Shown one piece after another: positions 29,095 through 39,296 of a stretch of 64,000 nucleotides of DNA (its first letter is position 1; every line of letters starts with the position of its first letter). This DNA is from Candidatus Omnitrophota bacterium (GTDB lineage: Bacteria; Omnitrophota; Gorgyraeia; Tantalellales; Tantalellaceae). A program made the translations under genes and the position numbers. The stretch lies in assembly GCA_043811395.1 (NCBI GenBank), contig JBDRNE010000115.1:12212-76211 (forward strand). The letters are read 5' to 3'. The notes beneath the pieces were generated by a model, which saw nothing but the letters and a program-made list of their open reading frames with translations, was not told where the DNA came from and did not search any database.

Positions 29095-31074
29095 ATGAAC
29101 AAAAAAAATGGTAACATTTTTTCATTGTGGCTGGGGAATGTGGTTTTTTTAGGCATTTTTCTTGGAATCTCTTTTTGGTTTTTTGAAGTTATGCTCCACA
29201 TGTATGTATTCGGGTTAACTGACCAGACTTTTATACAGCATTTGCTAATGCCGGATCCTCATGAATTTTGGATGAGGTCTTGCGTTACGATTTTTTTTGT
29301 GCTTTTTGGGGTTTACGCGCAACATAGCATAAACTTAAGAAAAATCGCGGAGAAAAAACTTAGGCGGCAAAACCAGTTTTTTTATAAAACAATAGATTCC
29401 CTGACTCATCCTTTTTATGTTATAGATACGGACGACTACAAAATAAGAATAGCCAATTCCGCGGCATGCCAAAATATTCTGCCTAAAGGTAAAACTTGTT
29501 ACGAAATTACGCACAAAAGGATTAATCCATGCTCTGGGATGGAACATGGATGCCCTTTAGAGGAAGTAAAAAGGACAAAAAAACCGGCAATTGTAGAACA
29601 TATACATTATGATGCTAATGGCAATCTTCGCAACGTGGAGGTTCACGCTTACCCCATTTTTGATGAAGACGGTTTTGTTGTACAGATGATAGAGTATTCT
29701 TTGGATGTTACGGAACGAAAAAAAGCCGAAGAACAACTTAAACAAGCGTTGGCTGTTACGAACATAATTTTAAAGGAATTGCCTTTTGGTATTATGATAG
29801 TAGGCTTAGACAAAAGAGTACGTAAGATTAATAAGGCGGCTTTGACAATGCTGGGGCTTAATGACGAAAAAGAAATTATTGGTAAAATTTGTCATAAACG
29901 CGTTTGTCCGGCTGAAGAAAATAAATGTCCGATAATAGACCTTGGAGAAGATGGTAATATTTCGGAAAAGGAACTTGTTACTAGTGACGGCAAAAGAATT
30001 CCTATCTTAAAAAGCGTTTTACCGATAACGCTTGAAGGGGAAGAAGTTTTACTTGAGTCATTTATTGGTATTGTTGAACAAAAAAAAGCGGAAGAGGCTA
30101 TTGTAAAAGCCCGGGATGAAATGGAAACGCGTGTCGAGGAACGGATCAAAGAACTGGCAGGCATGAACGAAGCGTTAATCAAAAGTACGAAAGAATTGGA
30201 GTCTGCCAATCGCGCGCTTCAGGATAGCCAGGTTCAGCTTGTTCAATCTGAAAAGATGGCCAGTCTCGGCCAGCTTGCGGCTGGTATCGCGCATGAGATT
30301 AATAATCCAATAGGATTTATTTTGAGTAATTTAAATACGCTGAATGAATATGTTAAAGTTTTTAAGAAACTTTTGGCCGAATATGAGAAATTTATCGATA
30401 AAACAAAAAACCTCAAACAGCATAAAGATTTTGTTTCTGCCATTATGGATGTCCGCGAAGAGAATAGTTTAGATTACATTATAAAAGATGTGGATAATCT
30501 TTTCAAAGAAACTAAAATCGGCGCGGATCGCGTAAAAGACATTGTTGAAGGGTTGAGAACTTTTGCTCACACGGATGAAACAACTATGGTGCAGACTGAC
30601 ATTAACAGATGTCTTGAGAATACGTTAAAAATTGTGTGGAATGAAATTAAATATAAGTGTGACATAGAGAAGAAATTTGAAAAATTACCTTTAGTTTCTT
30701 GTCATCCGGGGCAGATAAATCAGGTTTTTTTAAATCTTTTGGTTAACGCCGCGCAGGCAATAAGAGGGGAAGGGACTATTACTATTGAGACGTCTCTTGC
30801 GGGAAGCCATGTTCTTATCAAAATATCGGATACTGGTGGAGGAATTTCCGCTGAAAACCTTTTGAGGGTGTTTGACCCGTTTTTTACGACTAAAGAAGTA
30901 GGAAAAGGCACAGGATTAGGACTTTCAATTTCACATGGAATAATTCAAAAACATGGCGGGACAATTGAAGTTAAAAGCAAAGTTGGCGAAGGTTCTGTTT
31001 TTACGATAAAATTGCCGGTAAAGAATCAGACCGGGATAACGGAACAACAAAAGAAAACGAGTAGAAAATCATGA
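29095..31074 (+). CDS. Membrane PAS-PAS sensor histidine kinase (NtrB-like H box)
   Basis: Two TM segments, two PAS domains with Cys motifs, EKMASLGQLAAGIAHEINNP, NLLVNA, FDPFFTTK, GTGLGL. Confidence 0.92.
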   Translation: MNKKNGNIFSLWLGNVVFLGIFLGISFWFFEVMLHMYVFGLTDQTFIQHLLMPDPHEFWMRSCVTIFFVLFGVYAQHSINLRKIAEKKLRRQNQFFYKTIDSLTHPFYVIDTDDYKIRIANSAACQNILPKGKTCYEITHKRINPCSGMEHGCPLEEVKRTKKPAIVEHIHYDANGNLRNVEVHAYPIFDEDGFVVQMIEYSLDVTERKKAEEQLKQALAVTNIILKELPFGIMIVGLDKRVRKINKAALTMLGLNDEKEIIGKICHKRVCPAEENKCPIIDLGEDGNISEKELVTSDGKRIPILKSVLPITLEGEEVLLESFIGIVEQKKAEEAIVKARDEMETRVEERIKELAGMNEALIKSTKELESANRALQDSQVQLVQSEKMASLGQLAAGIAHEINNPIGFILSNLNTLNEYVKVFKKLLAEYEKFIDKTKNLKQHKDFVSAIMDVREENSLDYIIKDVDNLFKETKIGADRVKDIVEGLRTFAHTDETTMVQTDINRCLENTLKIVWNEIKYKCDIEKKFEKLPLVSCHPGQINQVFLNLLVNAAQAIRGEGTITIETSLAGSHVLIKISDTGGGISAENLLRVFDPFFTTKEVGKGTGLGLSISHGIIQKHGGTIEVKSKVGEGSVFTIKLPVKNQTGITEQQKKTSRKS

Positions 31075-32219
31075 AAACAATAGATGTAGCGATTGTTGAC
31101 GATGAACAAAATGTGTTAAATTCGCTCAAACGTCTTTTTAGAAAAGAAAACTATGAGCTTTTTTTTACGACAAATTATGAAAAAGTAATGCACCTTTTAA
31201 GTGAAGGGGAAATTAAAGTTGTAATGTCGGATCAAAAAATGATAGGGATAACCGGTATAGAGTTTTTGAAAAACATAAAAAAACAGTATCCCCGTGTAGT
31301 AAACATACTTTTCACCGGGTATGCTGACATGAATATGGCGGAAGACGCTATAAACGAGGGAGAAGTTTATCGTTTTGTAAATAAACCCTGGAATGATGAT
31401 GATTTGAAAAGTATTGTGCGTCAAGCCGTAGATAAGTATGATTTAGAAGAAAAAAACAGATGCCTCGCGGAAAACATAAATAAACAAAACAAAAAACTTA
31501 CTTTTTTGAATAAAAAACTGAAAAATATGTATGACGCGCAGAAAGTTTTCACATCAACCCTGGCACATGAACTCAGGACTCCTTTAGCTTCTATACGCAT
31601 GGCGCTGGATATAGTTATGAAACAGGCGTTTGGGGAGATTAATAATAAACAGGAAGATTTGTTAAATAAAGCTAAAACGAATGTTAATAGGTTAAACCGG
31701 CTTATTAATGATATTTTGGACCTTTCAAAAATGGAATTTGAAGGCGCACAACTTAACTTTGAAAAATATGAGCTGAATAGTATTATACAGGGAGTTATAG
31801 ACAACCAAAGACCTTTAGCCGTAGAGCATGGCCTTTTTCTGAGGACGCGATTGGATCAAAAGATTTCAAAAGTTAGACTTGATTCTGACCGAATAACACA
31901 GGTTTTGGATAACCTTATAAATAACGCGATTAAATTTACCGTTCAAGGAGGTATAACCGTAATATCCGAACTGGACGCTTTAAAAAAACAAGTAATAATA
32001 TGTGTTGAAGATACTGGTATGGGAATTCCGGAAAAAGATATTCCGAAATTGTTTAAAAAATTTCAACAACTAGCGCAACCACAGACGCAGAGTGCTAAAG
32101 GGACGGGCTTAGGGCTTGTGATATGCAAAGAAATCATCCATCATCATGGCGGGGAAATCTGGATAAAAGCAGGGATTGAGCATGGCAGTAGTTTTTGTTT
32201 TTCTCTGCCGATAAAATAG
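31071..32219 (+). CDS. Hybrid receiver-histidine kinase
   Basis: REC domain (IVDDE, MSDQKM, NKPW) followed by AHELRTPL, NLINNAIKF, DTGMGI, GTGLGL. Confidence 0.92.
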   Translation: MKTIDVAIVDDEQNVLNSLKRLFRKENYELFFTTNYEKVMHLLSEGEIKVVMSDQKMIGITGIEFLKNIKKQYPRVVNILFTGYADMNMAEDAINEGEVYRFVNKPWNDDDLKSIVRQAVDKYDLEEKNRCLAENINKQNKKLTFLNKKLKNMYDAQKVFTSTLAHELRTPLASIRMALDIVMKQAFGEINNKQEDLLNKAKTNVNRLNRLINDILDLSKMEFEGAQLNFEKYELNSIIQGVIDNQRPLAVEHGLFLRTRLDQKISKVRLDSDRITQVLDNLINNAIKFTVQGGITVISELDALKKQVIICVEDTGMGIPEKDIPKLFKKFQQLAQPQTQSAKGTGLGLVICKEIIHHHGGEIWIKAGIEHGSSFCFSLPIK

Positions 32220-32243
32220 CGGTCGGGACGTGGAAAGGAACGT

Positions 32244-32993
32244 ATGAAAGAGAAGACGATTTTATTAATTGACGATGAGGCTGATTTTGTTGAAATGATT
32301 AAATTTCAGCTGGAATCGGAAGGATATATTGTAGTTACCGCAAGTGACGGTGAAGAAGGGCTTTTGAAACTAAAGCAGATTAAGCCTGATTTGATTGTAT
32401 TGGATATTAATATGCCAAATATGGGAGGTTTGGAGTTTTATAACAAGATATTTACTCCGCATGGAAGAACTAAATATCCTGTTTTAGTTGTAACCGCGAG
32501 ATTGAATCTAGAGGAAATTTTTAAAGAGATAGAAGTAGAAGGATTTTTGTCTAAACCGTTTGAAATCAACCATCTGATGTCGGAAATTAAAAGAATAACA
32601 CTTGGGGGCATAAATCCAGTTGTGTTTTTAGCGGCGCCAAAAAACAGCACGCATGTTAAAAAGATTATGGAAATATTCGTTAATGAAAGATATGATGTTA
32701 TTGTTTGTGGCAATATACAGGAACTTAGTGCGCACGTTAAAAGGCATGGACTGCATTTTATACTTTTAGAATATGCTGGTAAAGAATTTTTTGAAAATTT
32801 TTTGACAAAGATTAAAAGCGATATAAAGCTTAAAAATATACCGATAATTGTTTACTCTTACTCGGAATTCACAATAGACGAAACTCGATGGCCGGCGCTT
32901 GGTGTAAATATGTTTTTGGATCATCCTGATGATTATGGCACGTTTGTGGAAGCGGTTAAGGAAGCTCAGTTAAAAGAAAAAGATGAAACTTAA
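32244..32993 (+). CDS. Response regulator with a canonical plus a degenerate second receiver domain
   Basis: LIDDE, VLDINMP, VTA, SKPF; the second half has REC-like topology but LLEY replaces the phosphoacceptor Asp. Confidence 0.82.
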   Translation: MKEKTILLIDDEADFVEMIKFQLESEGYIVVTASDGEEGLLKLKQIKPDLIVLDINMPNMGGLEFYNKIFTPHGRTKYPVLVVTARLNLEEIFKEIEVEGFLSKPFEINHLMSEIKRITLGGINPVVFLAAPKNSTHVKKIMEIFVNERYDVIVCGNIQELSAHVKRHGLHFILLEYAGKEFFENFLTKIKSDIKLKNIPIIVYSYSEFTIDETRWPALGVNMFLDHPDDYGTFVEAVKEAQLKEKDET

Positions 32994-33022
32994 ACTTAAT
33001 AGATAACTTCCTTTTATAAAAA

Positions 33023-33365
33023 ATAACAACACGAAAAGCTGTTTTAAAAAAAACAGCATAATTCTAGTCTTTCAGCGTTTCAGAAAAAGGTTCTAAGAGT
33101 TGTTCTAGGTATCCCCAAAGGGCAAGTAAGGTCTTATGGATTTATAGCAGAAAAGGTAGGTTTGTCTAAAGCGGCAAGAGCTGTTGGACGAGTTCTTCGT
33201 GGTAATCTGTATATCCCGTATGTGCCGTGCCATAGGGGTATTTTTTTAGATGGGTCAATAAGTGGATATTCCGCGAAAGGTGGAATTAAGGCAAAAATAC
33301 GTATGCTTGAAAAAGAAGGGGTGCGGATCAGTAGCGTGTGGCTGTTAGATAATAAATGTTGGTAA
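33023..33365 (+). pseudogene. Probable pseudogene of O6-methylguanine-DNA methyltransferase (Ogt/MGMT family)
   Basis: Frame of ORF 33162..33365 extends upstream as LSAFQKKVL...IPKGQVRSYGFIA...AARAVG...PCHR but meets TAA at 33045 with no ATG/GTG/TTG before the conserved region; an A8 run at 33046-33053 and ATA at 33023 suggest frameshift and start loss. Confidence 0.7.
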
Positions 33366-33417
33366 CATATAAACGTTTGCTGTTAAGTGACTGCGAAGAG
33401 GTTTTAATGGAGGAAAT

Positions 33418-34794
33418 ATGAAATTGGTGGACACTCACTGCCATCTTAATTTTTCGGATTATGATAAAGATTTGCCGGAAGTATTGACCCGGGCCAAAAC
33501 CGCGGGCCTGGTCAGAATTATAGTTCCGGGGACGGATATAAAAAGCAGTATAAAGGCCGTTGAATTAGCTAAAAAGAATAAAATGATATTTGCCGCTGTG
33601 GGAGTACATCCTCATGAAGCTGATGATGCGGGCGTTTTAGACGTGGAAAAATTGAGGGATATTGCTGTTGGGAGTGACAAGGTAATCGCAATAGGCGAAA
33701 TTGGCTTAGACAAATATAAAAATTATTCAAAAATAGAGAATCAGCAAAAACTTTTTAGTGAGTGTTTACGTCTAGCGCGAACACTTGATCTGCCCGTTAT
33801 TATTCACAATAGACGAGCCGGGAAAGAAATGTTAGATATTTTAAAAAAATTTAAAAATACTGGAATAAAAGGTGTTTTTCATTGTTTTTCAGAGGACATA
33901 TCTTTTTTGAACGCAATACTTGAATTAGGTATGTATGTTTCTTTTGCGGGTAATATTACTTTTAAAAACGCTTTTGATTCGCGTAAGACGGCACAAGCCG
34001 TGCCTTTGGAGAAACTTCTTTTAGAAACGGATTCGCCTTTTATTACGCCGGAGCCTTACAGAGGCAAACGCAATGAACCGGCATATGTTAAAAACCTTTT
34101 AGATGTTTACGCAAAAATGTATAAATTGTCGGTAGAAGATGTAGCTAGGGTTACGACTCATAACGCGAATAAATTATTTAATCTTGGAATTAAAGAAAAA
34201 GGCGTGATAGCTTACGCTATACGGGATTCTTTGTATCTGAACATTACGAACAGGTGTACCAATAGATGTGGGTTTTGCACGAGGCAATATTCAAATTTTG
34301 TAAAGGGACATAAACTTTCTCTTGGTTCAGAGCCTTTGGCCGGAGAAATAATCCAAAAACTAAAAAAGGTTTCAAAATATAAGGAAATAGTATTTTGCGG
34401 TTTTGGAGAAGCTACTCTTAGGCTAAATACGGTTATAAAAATAGCGGCATACGTAAAAAGGCAAGGAGGTAAAGTTCGATTAACAACGAATGGACAGGGG
34501 AATCTCATTGCTGGATATAGTATAGCGCCAAAACTTAAGGGTATTGTTGACGCGGTGTCGGTAAGCCTGAATGAGGCAGAAGCGGATATGTATAGCCGGT
34601 TATGTTGTCCAAGTTTTGGCAAAAAAGCATATAGCGCGATAATGGACTTTATTAAAGAATGTGTCGAGCAGTCGATTAAAGTTGAAGTAACTTGTCTTGA
34701 TATGATAGGGGGTGAAGCTGTTTCCGCCTGTCGGAAGATGGCAAAAGATTTAGGGGCAGAATTTAGGATGAGGCATTTAGATGTAGTTGGTTAG
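33418..34794 (+). CDS. tatD: TatD hydrolase fused to a TatD-associated radical SAM domain
   Basis: DTHCH, GVHPH, IGEIGLD, HCF, ETDSP; C-terminal LYLNITNRCTNRCGFC (CxxxCxxC), EIVFCGFGE, TNGQG. Confidence 0.92.
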   Translation: MKLVDTHCHLNFSDYDKDLPEVLTRAKTAGLVRIIVPGTDIKSSIKAVELAKKNKMIFAAVGVHPHEADDAGVLDVEKLRDIAVGSDKVIAIGEIGLDKYKNYSKIENQQKLFSECLRLARTLDLPVIIHNRRAGKEMLDILKKFKNTGIKGVFHCFSEDISFLNAILELGMYVSFAGNITFKNAFDSRKTAQAVPLEKLLLETDSPFITPEPYRGKRNEPAYVKNLLDVYAKMYKLSVEDVARVTTHNANKLFNLGIKEKGVIAYAIRDSLYLNITNRCTNRCGFCTRQYSNFVKGHKLSLGSEPLAGEIIQKLKKVSKYKEIVFCGFGEATLRLNTVIKIAAYVKRQGGKVRLTTNGQGNLIAGYSIAPKLKGIVDAVSVSLNEAEADMYSRLCCPSFGKKAYSAIMDFIKECVEQSIKVEVTCLDMIGGEAVSACRKMAKDLGAEFRMRHLDVVG

Positions 34795-34845
34795 TTGGCG
34801 GAGGAGAGAAGAGTAAATTATTAAAACAGGGAATGTGAAGATACA

Positions 34846-34871
34846 GTAGGGGTGGGCTCTTGTGTCCTACC
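34846..34871 (+). repeat. GTAG-tagged REP-like palindrome (degenerate)
   Basis: GTAG-G-GGTGGG-CTCTTGTGT-CCTACC; loop resembles that at 62362. Confidence 0.55.
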
Positions 34872-34891
34872 GTAATGGTGAATATCCGGCG

Positions 34892-35956
34892 ATGAAAATA
34901 TTTAAAATTGTTAAAAACAATAAGCTTTATACTGTACTTTTTCTCTTTGTTTTATTGATAAATATTCTGGTTTTCACTGATTGGATAATGGAAAAATTTT
35001 CACCAAGCAAAAAACCGGAAGTTACTCTGACGCAATGTGAAGCTAGTTCCCATAAAGACGATATAAAAGCGAGCCAGGACAAATTAAGTGTTGTAGCAAA
35101 ACAAAACCCGTTGTTGTATTTTTTTCTAGCAATGTTTAATTTTACGTTGCTATTTATGTTGTTAATCGGTTTGATTCTCGATTTGTATTTTTTGCGGCAA
35201 TGGATAAAAAAGAAAAAAATAGATATATGTATTCTTTCCCAAAAGGAATCTGTCTGGGGCATTAGTGACGTTGTGCGAGTTATTCTGATAAACATGTCTT
35301 TTGGATATACGTTTTTGATTATACAGGGCACGTTATCAAAAGTTTTTCCTGTAGTTGGTAATGAAAATTTCCGCATGATTTTTAACACAATGATCATGAA
35401 TGTCATCGGGATAAGTGTTGTATTGTATTTTGTTATAAAAAAAGGCAAACAAAACATTGAAGCAGTAGGGCTTACATCTCAAAGCTTTACGAAAAGCGTG
35501 TTTTATGCTGTTATCGGATATATCTCTTTAGGGCCGCTTCTTGTGCTGATAATGACTGGAACTTTTTTTGTTATCGATTTTTTTCATTATAAACCGCAGG
35601 TTCAATCTATTGTACAGATTTTTGTGAAAGAAAACAATCTGCCGGTACTTTTCTTTTCAACGCTTTTTGCGGGTGTTTTTGGTCCGATTGTGGAGGAAAT
35701 TTTTTTTAGAGGGTTTATGTATTCGGCAATAAAGAAAAGTATAGGCGTTTTAGGTGCGATGATAATAACATCGGTAGTTTTTTCGCTTTTACATGCGCAT
35801 GTGATAGGATTTTTGCCGATAATGACATTGGGTTTATTGCTTGCTTATTTATATGAAAAAACAGGTTCGCTAACAGCTTCGATTACTGTGCATATTATGC
35901 ATAATGTTGCTATGCTTGTTTTGGTTTTTCTAGTGCGTTGTATTGGCGCTCAGTAA
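34892..35956 (+). CDS. CPBP (Abi/CAAX) family intramembrane metalloprotease
   Basis: Multiple TM helices, PIVEEIFFRG, FSLLH, HIMHN. Confidence 0.9.
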   Translation: MKIFKIVKNNKLYTVLFLFVLLINILVFTDWIMEKFSPSKKPEVTLTQCEASSHKDDIKASQDKLSVVAKQNPLLYFFLAMFNFTLLFMLLIGLILDLYFLRQWIKKKKIDICILSQKESVWGISDVVRVILINMSFGYTFLIIQGTLSKVFPVVGNENFRMIFNTMIMNVIGISVVLYFVIKKGKQNIEAVGLTSQSFTKSVFYAVIGYISLGPLLVLIMTGTFFVIDFFHYKPQVQSIVQIFVKENNLPVLFFSTLFAGVFGPIVEEIFFRGFMYSAIKKSIGVLGAMIITSVVFSLLHAHVIGFLPIMTLGLLLAYLYEKTGSLTASITVHIMHNVAMLVLVFLVRCIGAQ

Positions 35957-35980
35957 AATATGCCGTTAGGAGGGGGTACT

Positions 35981-37012
35981 GTGAAGTATGAAACAATAAA
36001 ATGGAAGAATGACGGGGTTGAATTGATTGATCAAAGGCTTCTCCCGTTAAAGGAAAAGTATATTGTTTGCCGAACAGTTAAGGATATGTGGAGCGCGATA
36101 AAAGATATGAAGCTTAGAGGCGCTCCCGCTATAGGAATAGCCGGTGCATATGGGATGTATTTAGGTGTGCGTGGCAGTAAAACAAAAACCTTTTCAATCT
36201 TTAAAAAAGAAATTGATAAATGCGCGAAATATTTAGGGTCAGCGCGGCCGACGGCTCGAAATCTTTTTTGGGCGTTAGAGCGCGCAGTGCTTCTTGTTGA
36301 AAAAAACAGGGAAAAACCGGTTTCTGAGATTAAAAAATTAATGCTAACTGATGCTCATTTAATTTTAAAAGAGGATGAGAATATATGCAGGACGATTGGG
36401 CGGTTTGGGGAGAAGCTCATTAAAAAGAACTCAGCAGTTCTTACGCACTGTAATGCCGGAGGCTTAGCTACTTCAGGGTACGGAACCGCGCTTGGAGTTA
36501 TTTTTTCGGCAAAGAAAAAGATTTATAGAGTTTTTGTTGATGAAACGCGCCCATGGCTACAGGGCGCACGGTTGACCACATGGGAACTTACAAAAGCAAA
36601 AATGCCCGTGGTTTTAATTTGTGATAATATGGCTTCTGCGATTATGGCGAAAGGAGAAGTAGACGCGGTTGTTGTCGGCGCGGATCGTATCGCGCGGAAC
36701 GGGGATACCGCCAATAAGATCGGGACATACTCTCTTGCGGTATCCGCGAAGTATCATAAGGTTCCTTTTTATGTCGCGGCGCCGGTTTCTACATTTGATT
36801 TTTCTATTGCTTCGGGCCGGGAAATTCCCATAGAAGAAAGATGCTCTTCGGAGATAAAAATAATCAATAAAAAGTATATTACCGTAAAAGATGTGAAAGT
36901 GAAAAATCCGGCATTTGATGTTACGCCGTCAAAATTAATTACAGCTATAATTACGGAAAAAGGTGTTATTAAAAAACCAAATAAAAAGAGGATAAGAGAA
37001 GTGATTGGGTAG
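35981..37012 (+). CDS. mtnA: S-methyl-5-thioribose-1-phosphate isomerase
   Basis: IDQRLLP, RGAPAIG, ARPTA, THCNAG.LAT, DETRP.LQGARLT, NKIGTY, NPAFDVTP; AGGAGG precedes GTG 35981. Confidence 0.95.
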   Translation: MKYETIKWKNDGVELIDQRLLPLKEKYIVCRTVKDMWSAIKDMKLRGAPAIGIAGAYGMYLGVRGSKTKTFSIFKKEIDKCAKYLGSARPTARNLFWALERAVLLVEKNREKPVSEIKKLMLTDAHLILKEDENICRTIGRFGEKLIKKNSAVLTHCNAGGLATSGYGTALGVIFSAKKKIYRVFVDETRPWLQGARLTTWELTKAKMPVVLICDNMASAIMAKGEVDAVVVGADRIARNGDTANKIGTYSLAVSAKYHKVPFYVAAPVSTFDFSIASGREIPIEERCSSEIKIINKKYITVKDVKVKNPAFDVTPSKLITAIITEKGVIKKPNKKRIREVIG

Positions 37013-37128
37013 AAGGGAAGAGGCTTGTGTTTGTTTTGGTACATAGATTTTCGGACAGGCAAGAGCCATTTGGTTTATGCGTTCGGTTCAAACTTGTTTC
37101 TAACTGTCAGGCGGGTTGGTGAAATCTT

Positions 37129-38019
37129 ATGAAAGAATTAAAATTCATTGAATACATAAAGAAACGAGCCGGAAAACCCGGAAAAGGTATTATTGCCGGG
37201 ATAGGCGATGATGCGGCTGTCATTGAATATAGGGATAATCAATATCTTTTATGGGCAACGGATATGATTATTGAGGGGACTCATTTTACGCTTAAAAATG
37301 CTTCGTTAGAAAACATTGGGCACAAAGCGGTTGCGGTTAATATCAGCGATATCGCGGCAATGGGCGGTGAGCCTAAGTACATTACGGTAAACATTGGCGT
37401 TCCACGCGGATTTACGGCGAAACAATTAAGCAGGATATATGACGGCATATTTAGCATATGCGGAAATTATGGTATGTCTATTGTAGGTGGAGATACAAAT
37501 GCTTCGGATAAGCTGGTGATAGATGTTTCAATCTTAGGGGTGGCAAGGAAGAACGCATTAATTCGGCGTAACGGAGCAAAAGAGGGAGATCTTATATTGA
37601 TTACAGGCCCGATTCGAGATGGTAAAAAAGAGCATTTAACTTTTGTTCCGCGCGTTAAAGAATCACGATTTCTTTCGCGAAACTTCAAAATCACATCAAT
37701 GATAGATGTATCGGACGGTATTTCTGTGGATTTAAACCGTTTATGTGCTGAGAGTAAGACCGGTGCCATAATATACCAATCTGCTGTTCTTCTTTCAGAG
37801 AATCTTTCATTGGAAGATGCTTTGTATTACGGCGAAAGTTTTGAGTTATTGTTTACAATGTCGCCAAGCGAAGTTAAAAAATTGTTTTTAAGTTCGGAAA
37901 AGCACAAATTTGCTTATTGTGTAATTGGTGAAATAACGGATAAAAAAGAGGGGTGTATTTTAGTGAAGAAAGAAGGGCTTATGGTACGCCTCCAAAAACG
38001 TGGATACCGGCATATGTAA
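37129..38019 (+). CDS. thiL: Thiamine-monophosphate kinase
   Basis: GIGDDAAV, EGTHF, NISDIAAMGG, GGDT, IDVSDG. Confidence 0.92.
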   Translation: MKELKFIEYIKKRAGKPGKGIIAGIGDDAAVIEYRDNQYLLWATDMIIEGTHFTLKNASLENIGHKAVAVNISDIAAMGGEPKYITVNIGVPRGFTAKQLSRIYDGIFSICGNYGMSIVGGDTNASDKLVIDVSILGVARKNALIRRNGAKEGDLILITGPIRDGKKEHLTFVPRVKESRFLSRNFKITSMIDVSDGISVDLNRLCAESKTGAIIYQSAVLLSENLSLEDALYYGESFELLFTMSPSEVKKLFLSSEKHKFAYCVIGEITDKKEGCILVKKEGLMVRLQKRGYRHM

Positions 38020-38041
38020 TGATTAGTAAAGAGGCTGTTAA

Positions 38042-38506
38042 ATGGAAAACATAAAAAAGATTACTACCAGTTCTCCTCTCGAAACCATGAATTTGGGAGA
38101 AAAAATAGCGAAACAGTTAAAAAAAGGAGATCTTGTTGCTCTTGTCGGGGAGTTGGGCGCTGGCAAAACTGTTTTTGTTAAAGGATTAGCAAATGGGCTT
38201 GGAGTTAAGGATGCGTCTTACGTTAACAGCCCGTCATTTGTTATTATAAAGGAATATGAGGGGCAAAAAAATTTATACCATTTTGATGTTTACCGAATAG
38301 ATCTAAGAAGTTTTTGTGAAACTTTGGATTATAAACGTTATTTTTACGGATGCGGAATAACTGTAATTGAATGGGCAGACAAAATAAAAGAAGTTTTGCC
38401 GGAACAGTATTTGGAAGTAACTATCAAATACGGTTCGAAACAGAATAGACTCTTAAGTTTTCGAGCGATAGGCGGTAAATTTAAGAAAATTATTGCAAAG
38501 ATATAA
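38042..38506 (+). CDS. tsaE: t6A biosynthesis ATPase TsaE
   Basis: GELGAGKT, VNSPSF, YHFDVYR, IEWA. Confidence 0.93.
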   Translation: MENIKKITTSSPLETMNLGEKIAKQLKKGDLVALVGELGAGKTVFVKGLANGLGVKDASYVNSPSFVIIKEYEGQKNLYHFDVYRIDLRSFCETLDYKRYFYGCGITVIEWADKIKEVLPEQYLEVTIKYGSKQNRLLSFRAIGGKFKKIIAKI

Positions 38507-38608
38507 GAGCTAAAAGCTTTTAAAACAGCTGTTTTAGATTGGGGGAGGCAAGGATGGCTCTTTTCTGCAGAAAAATTTTTTTTTAACACAAATTGTAAAG
38601 AGAGAAGA

Positions 38609-39295
38609 ATGAAAGTTTTAGCATTTGATACTTCAACAACATTTTTAACAATAGCATGTGTTGAGGATAATAAACTTAAAAAAAAATATCATAAAGACGT
38701 AGGAATACGCCATAGTGAGATTTTAATCGAAAAAATAAAGGATATGTTGGATAGTCTCGGCTGGACTATGCGGGATTTGGACCTAATATGCGTGGGTTCA
38801 GGGCCTGGTTCTTTTACCGGATTACGTGTAGCTATGGCAACGGTTAAGGGTTTTTTGACGTCACTTTCTGCTAAAGCAGTTGTTGTCCCGACAGTGGACG
38901 CGATGGCGGGTAATGTATCAAAAAGGTTTGCATCCAGGAAAAAACATAAATTAATAGCACCTTTTTTAGACGCTCGAAAGAACAAAATATATACGTGTGT
39001 TTATGATTGTTTTAAGCGAGATGTTAAACGTGTTTCAGGTTATATTTTAGCTGAGCCCGAAGATTTTTTAAAAGGGTTAAAACAAAATGTATTTTTTTTC
39101 GGAGATGCCGTGAAGAAATATAAGAAGGAATTAGATTCGTGCCCTTTTGCGGATTATTCGGAAGAAGTAGATTGGTATCCAAAAGCAGTTTATATTGCGC
39201 GAATAGGTATAAAAAAATCTTTAAAAAAAACAGATAATCATAAAACTATAGAACCTTTATATTTGCATGAAAAAGAATGTAGCATAAGCAGATAA
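38609..39295 (+). CDS. tsaB: t6A biosynthesis protein TsaB
   Basis: LAFDTST, HSE, GPGSFTGLR, DARK, PLYL. Confidence 0.92.
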   Translation: MKVLAFDTSTTFLTIACVEDNKLKKKYHKDVGIRHSEILIEKIKDMLDSLGWTMRDLDLICVGSGPGSFTGLRVAMATVKGFLTSLSAKAVVVPTVDAMAGNVSKRFASRKKHKLIAPFLDARKNKIYTCVYDCFKRDVKRVSGYILAEPEDFLKGLKQNVFFFGDAVKKYKKELDSCPFADYSEEVDWYPKAVYIARIGIKKSLKKTDNHKTIEPLYLHEKECSISR

Positions 39296-39296
39296 A

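Noticed and set aside
37013-37128. TPP riboswitch upstream of thiL
   Set aside because: Lacks the conserved CTGAGA and downstream core motifs.
38512-38574. Three short perfect palindromes between tsaE and tsaB (e.g. TAAAACAGCTGTTTTA)
   Set aside because: AT-rich and short, with no shared motif or second copy to support an operator call.
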